DNA of 63,302 nt, the filler included, from Mitosporidium daphniae (lineage: Eukaryota), in the NCBI RefSeq assembly GCF_000760515.2. It is 4 parts of 4 records of this genome, joined end to end, with 100 filler letters (N's around TTAATTAATTAA, not from the genome) between each part and the next. Parts side by side here need not be neighbours in the genome. Positions count along the whole stretch, not along the records: positions 47,764 to 63,302 come from NW_013546719.1; 3 more parts are not named here. One strand, 5' to 3'. Below, piece by piece: positions 58,657-63,302 of this stretch. Each line of letters begins with the position of its first letter. The stretch's first letter is position 1. The notes under the pieces were generated by a model. The model saw only the letters and a list, made by a program, of their open reading frames with translations, was not told the DNA's origin and did not search any database. A program made the translations under genes and the position numbers.

Positions 58657-60750
58657 TTATGGCGAACCAAGCCAGGGCAAGTAGTATGCACGCAAGCTAC
58701 GCTCGCGAGGTCTGTCCAATAGTCCTGAGCGGAAGAATTCACTCCAGCACATCATCACCAGGAAAGGGAAGCGAACGGCCCAATAGCTGTAAAAGTCTTC
58801 TGGAGGTGCGCCAAGCTCTGCCTTTTGTGACACATCAAGCTCCATGAAATGGCTTCGGCGATTTCGGATCGCGCGAAGCAAATCAGCGATTCGCGATCCA
58901 TTATATCTGCGCCGCCGGTCTTCAAGGATTGATTTTCGCACTGCCGGAGAGAGCGGTTGTAGCCAGTCTTGCGCGAACGGTTTTACCATCGTATCCATGC
59001 GTAAAGATGTAGCTGCCGGCGCTCCACCAGTACCATAATCTTTGATCGACTGGCGCCAGGCAGCTGCCAATGAACGAGCAAGAGCTTCTCGTGTGGATCT
59101 GGAATCCTCCGTATCGTCCGCAGAAAGGCAGTCGGAAATGTCACAAAGAAAGTCTAGTTTCTGTGCAGCTGTCCAAAAAAACGGATGCCCCAACACTTGT
59201 GCCATTGTTGGACGGCTTCGTGGATCTTTCTGCAGCATTCTCCTGATGATGTCTGCTGCTTCAGTTGTGGAAAAGAAAAAAGGTCTTTGCGAAGTGTCCA
59301 ATGACCCAAGATCATGTACACCTTGTAGAATCGAGGCCTCAACAAGAGCAGGAGCCAAATGCCTGAACGGGCCCTCAAGACAGACCCGACTCGAACAAGG
59401 AGAAGCATCGCCTGCAGCAACGGAATCATCGTTAGCCATTTGGTCTTCACTGTCAGTGCTAATGCTTTCCTCATACTGGACCTGATGATCTGAAAGCTCG
59501 GCAGCATCATCAAAACTGGCCGGATCGGTTTGATGGTCGTCTAAAACGGACCCAGCATCGTGGGAAACGATACCCCCCATTGCAAATGGATGCATGCCGC
59601 CTGTCAGGATGTAAAATAGTACAAGGCCCGCCGAAAAAACGTCCGATGCAAAGGCGGAGGCACTTTTGATTGCCTTGTCGTCCCCATGTCCAAGTAAAAT
59701 CAGCTCTGGAGCTCTCCACCCAGAAGTTCCGCAGATGGTTCGCATTGCATGTGTGCTGGAAAAGCCTTCTGGTGCCAAGATTTTCCCGATCCCAAAGTCG
59801 GCAAGCAGTAGCTTGTCTCCGGCAGGCGGCAGAAGCACATTGGAAGGCTTTATGTCGCGATGCACAATCCGCAACATTGTGTGCAGATGTTCAATGCCCT
59901 GAAACAGTCCCCGTACCATTCCCAGTGTGATGGCTGGAAATTTAGATCCCATCAATGAAACGGCGTTGGGGCTATCTTGGAACAAGTCCAGTAGCGAGCA
60001 AGCGCACAGCTCCAATGCAATGTACATGAACGAATCGCGCACTTCATGGTAAAAGTAGCGGATCACGTTTGGGTGGTGATCGGATGATTGTAGGATGTTG
60101 ATTTCGTTCTCGATCAGCCGCATTTCTGGGCGGTTTCCTGGCGGTAGTACTATGCGCTTGACGGCCACTGTCCGCTCGCAAATTACGCCTCGGAAAACGG
60201 CGGTGCCTTGTGAACCATACCCCAGCACCTCGTCTGTAAAGATGACCAGCTGCGACTGCACAAAAGGCTGAGAAGCCCTGGTCTTTTTGGAGCGCCTTCG
60301 CACAAAAAAATAGATGAAACCCAGAAAAAAGAGCAGCATGTAAACAATGATGGTCAGCAGGATGCCTGCGATGCTCTTTTGGGCCGCAACAAGCCCCAGC
60401 AGCTGGCGAAGTTGCAGCGGCTGGGCAGTGGAAACCATCTGGCCATAAATGGCAAGCTGATTGTTGCCGTCATTCCGATCGGAAAGCGGGACAAGAGCAT
60501 CAGCGGTCTGGTCGCCAAGCAGCAGGGTGGAAAGATTTTCACATCTTCTGACGATGCAGAAAGAGGAGGAGCCAGCCAATGGCTCAATACATTCATAGCA
60601 AAACTCGAGATTTTTAAAATTCACGTCAATTGAAATCATTCGAAAAGGCAACATGCCATGTTTGATGATGTGTGCAGCGCGCGCACTTTCATTCATACAC
60701 CTCGGCAGCTGTAAAATTAAAGTTGAAATCGAAATTTTGTTCAATTGCAC
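58657..60750 (-). CDS. IRE1: IRE1-type TM kinase-endoribonuclease (KEN) with very short pre-TM region
   Basis: TM segment then VLGYGSQGTAVFRG, VAVKR, SDHHPNVIRY, YIALELC, HRDIKPSNVL, GTSGWRAPE, HPFFW, DLLRAIRNRRSHF. Start uncertain. Confidence 0.9.
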   Translation of the reverse strand: MQLNKISISTLILQLPRCMNESARAAHIIKHGMLPFRMISIDVNFKNLEFCYECIEPLAGSSSFCIVRRCENLSTLLLGDQTADALVPLSDRNDGNNQLAIYGQMVSTAQPLQLRQLLGLVAAQKSIAGILLTIIVYMLLFFLGFIYFFVRRRSKKTRASQPFVQSQLVIFTDEVLGYGSQGTAVFRGVICERTVAVKRIVLPPGNRPEMRLIENEINILQSSDHHPNVIRYFYHEVRDSFMYIALELCACSLLDLFQDSPNAVSLMGSKFPAITLGMVRGLFQGIEHLHTMLRIVHRDIKPSNVLLPPAGDKLLLADFGIGKILAPEGFSSTHAMRTICGTSGWRAPELILLGHGDDKAIKSASAFASDVFSAGLVLFYILTGGMHPFAMGGIVSHDAGSVLDDHQTDPASFDDAAELSDHQVQYEESISTDSEDQMANDDSVAAGDASPCSSRVCLEGPFRHLAPALVEASILQGVHDLGSLDTSQRPFFFSTTEAADIIRRMLQKDPRSRPTMAQVLGHPFFWTAAQKLDFLCDISDCLSADDTEDSRSTREALARSLAAAWRQSIKDYGTGGAPAATSLRMDTMVKPFAQDWLQPLSPAVRKSILEDRRRRYNGSRIADLLRAIRNRRSHFMELDVSQKAELGAPPEDFYSYWAVRFPFLVMMCWSEFFRSGLLDRPRERSLRAYYLPWLGSP

Positions 60751-60968
60751 AACATTTCGGCCGGCTTTCGTTGTTCACGCAGCCCTAACCCGCGGCCCTC
60801 CATGGTCAAATAAAGGCATGATTTTGGATCAAACCATGTCACTGACTGCAAGACACAGAGTATTTCATATATGACCGTCTGTCTTGAGGCTTGATGCTTC
60901 TCGCCCCCGTTTATTATGTGGTTCTTTTCTCTTTTGAGTGCAAAGTTGATTGCTGACACGCCTTGCAC

Positions 60969-60989
60969 GTGTGTGTGTGTGTGTGTGTG
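60969..60989. repeat. (GT)10 microsatellite
   Basis: Direct reading. Confidence 0.9.
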
Positions 60990-61246
60990 CATCCTTCCCA
61001 TTTGGCTTCAATGCACACCTAAAAAACCGGCTTCTCTTCTGTTGTTTTAGAAAGAAAAATTCAAGGCTCCCATATGCAAATGTGCCTCCCATCATCAAAG
61101 TAAAAATTTGCAAGCTTCACCTGAATTAAACACAGCCATTCAAACCAACTATTCCCGCATCCCTAAACGTTCTCTAAATGCGTAATATTATTTATTGTTT
61201 TTAAAAGTCCGTCAAATTACCAGTATTCCCATAATTTCTTTCCCAA

Positions 61247-61951
61247 TCAAAGCTTGCCTTTATTATTTTGTTGAGAGTCTAGTTTTTTTCTAAGAATGCA
61301 GTAAAATATGAATTGAAAGATAGAGCCATAGACCATAAAGTTGGTGTTTGCCAAGGAAAGCAAGTACGAAAACATAACGCCACAGCCAAAGTACCAATAC
61401 GCTCTTGTATTATCATCTTTCAAAAATTTTAAGCTAGGTAGAAAATCTAAAAATTTAGGGAAGAACACCAAGAAAATAAAAATTGTGTTGTGGCCAAAAT
61501 GGATGAGATACATGGACGGGCGGGTTATGATCAAAATTTCAGAAAGCACCTCGAATTTTTTTAGGTAAACCAGATAATGAATTCCGGGTTCATCTCTGAT
61601 GATAAATCGGCTAAGATACAAAGATGCACAGAACGTGATTGCATATGCAACATATATCATCCAACCACTGTTAAACAGCCTTAAAATCGTGTATATAGGG
61701 GCGATACACTCGAAAAACAGAAAAATCGGATAAAAGAACAACTCCCATGCTTCAAACCGGATTTTGCTTGGCTCCGTATCATCATCTTTGAAACCTTTAG
61801 CAGCGTCATAATAAGGGCTTTGTTTTGTCAACTCAAGTCTGCCGTTCTCAAAGGAGGTATCCACGTTTGAATCAAAATTTAAATCGTTTGTGGCACCGTG
61901 AGCAAATGCTAAGAATGCAAAAATCAGTGTTAAAACGAAAAACTTGGACAT
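61247..61951 (-). CDS. Signal-peptide multi-pass membrane protein, unknown function
   Basis: MSKFFVLTLIFAFLAFAHG, short luminal segment, several TM helices. Confidence 0.65.
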   Translation of the reverse strand: MSKFFVLTLIFAFLAFAHGATNDLNFDSNVDTSFENGRLELTKQSPYYDAAKGFKDDDTEPSKIRFEAWELFFYPIFLFFECIAPIYTILRLFNSGWMIYVAYAITFCASLYLSRFIIRDEPGIHYLVYLKKFEVLSEILIITRPSMYLIHFGHNTIFIFLVFFPKFLDFLPSLKFLKDDNTRAYWYFGCGVMFSYLLSLANTNFMVYGSIFQFIFYCILRKKLDSQQNNKGKL

Positions 61952-62490
61952 GATAAAACAGGCATCAAGAACTCTTTCCTCTTTATTGATACAGGACTCC
62001 GGCCCATTTGAACGATGCCCGACCAATGATGAATTGGTAAATTCAAAATTATTTTTTAATGTAAATTCACAGCTCAAATACCAGCCCGCCCCAACTCAAG
62101 GTTGCTAGGTGCCTTCCCCGCCAATTTTTTTAACTCGTACCGAATCAGCCGGCCTCTTTTGATGGATTCAAAATCTTCATGGAGATTTTAATTCTATCCA
62201 GTTGGCCTATCCATAAATTTTCGTGTTTTGCATGAAAAAGCACACGGTTTGATACCAAAATAGGTTCCCTTCATCTCTGCAAAAACTATATCTAACTGAT
62301 CAAGGATTAAGTATGAAATAGGCGGCCAATTATTGGCAATAATTTGTTGGTTAAGGATATCAAATTTATATCGGCATCACATGTGCATGTTTGTGTTACC
62401 ACGCGATTTTGTCATCGCCAGTTAGGCGAGGATAGGAAGCTAGGGTTAGGGTTGGGTGCGTTTAATTTGCAGCCCCCAACCTTTCCTTGA

Positions 62491-63302
62491 ATGAAATTTG
62501 TCGCCCTCATAAGGTACCCGTTTCACGCAGGTAATTTGCAGTGGAGGAAAAGACTCGATTTTCACAATTTTCAAATGCATTCAAGAAGGGCATGTGCTTG
62601 TTGCTGTTGCAAATCTGGAGCCCCCAGCAGATCAAGAAGAGCTTGATAGCTACATGTACCAGTCTGTTGGGCATCGAGCAGTGCCATACATAGCTGAAGC
62701 CCTATCAGTTCCACTGATGCGCGAAAAAATTACAGGCACTGCCATCAAGACATCGCTTCATTACGACGATAAGGAATATAACCCCATGGATGAGGTTGAG
62801 GATCTAACCAAGCTTTTGGCCCGCGTTAAAGAGGTTGGGTGATTTTTTTATGCCAAGTCGTATCCAGAGGTTGAGGCCGTATCTGCTGGCGCAATTTTTT
62901 CGAAATACCAAAAAGACCGCGTTGAGTCCGTTGCGATCAGGTTGAACTTGCATGTTTTGGCGCCGCTTTGGGAAAAGGACCAATATTTCCTCGTGAAGGA
63001 AATGATTGCCTGTGAGATGGAAGTCATCATCATAAAGGTGGCATCACTTGGGCTCGGCAAAGAGCATGTGGGGATTCCGCTAGGCCGAATGGTCGACCAT
63101 CTTGAGAGCCTTTCTGCCAAATTTGGCTTTGCGGTCAATTTTGCTGGCGAAGGTGGCGAGTACGAGTCTCTTGTTCTTGATTGCCCGCTTTTCTCATCTC
63201 GGCTTGAAATGTACGTAAACGTTCGTGTGGTTGTTTAAATTTGGCCGAAATCCGCTGCCCATACACACGCCTAACCCCGCCATATTATGTCTACAATCTG
63301 CC
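62491..63302 (+). CDS. DPH6: Diphthine-ammonia ligase, multi-exon, 3'-truncated
   Basis: MKFVALI|SGGKDS, ELDSYMYQSVG, DEVEDL, GAIFSKYQKDRVE, GEGGEYESLVLDCPLF. Confidence 0.93.

Overview
This is eukaryotic DNA, not prokaryotic. The window is four contigs (about 16.0, 15.8, 15.7 and 15.5 kb) joined by artificial N44-TTAATTAATTAA-N44 spacers, so synteny across spacers is meaningless. Contigs 2-4 are extremely gene-dense housekeeping DNA with tiny GT-AG introns (about 20-35 nt). They carry mitochondrial-function genes (MRPL47, mL38, MPC1) and genes uncommon in Dikarya (RtcB, ferritin, Fe-S serine dehydratase). This fits a compact early-diverging fungal relative of the Rozellomycota/Mitosporidium type (inference). 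Contig 1 is different: gene-sparse, apparently intronless and repeat-rich. It holds a >2,200-codon minus-strand ORF missing from the ORF track (signal peptide + His/Asn/Gln/Cys protease-like domain + DUF3638/DUF3645 helicase-like region) and a decayed paralogue of it. Other main leads: a ~930-nt structured minus-strand non-coding region downstream of NOP58 with telomerase-RNA-like architecture, an IRE1 nearly lacking its luminal domain, a stand-alone Eco1-type zinc finger, and an intron-split Air1/2-like gene. All assignments come from manual translation and motif recognition; no searches were run.
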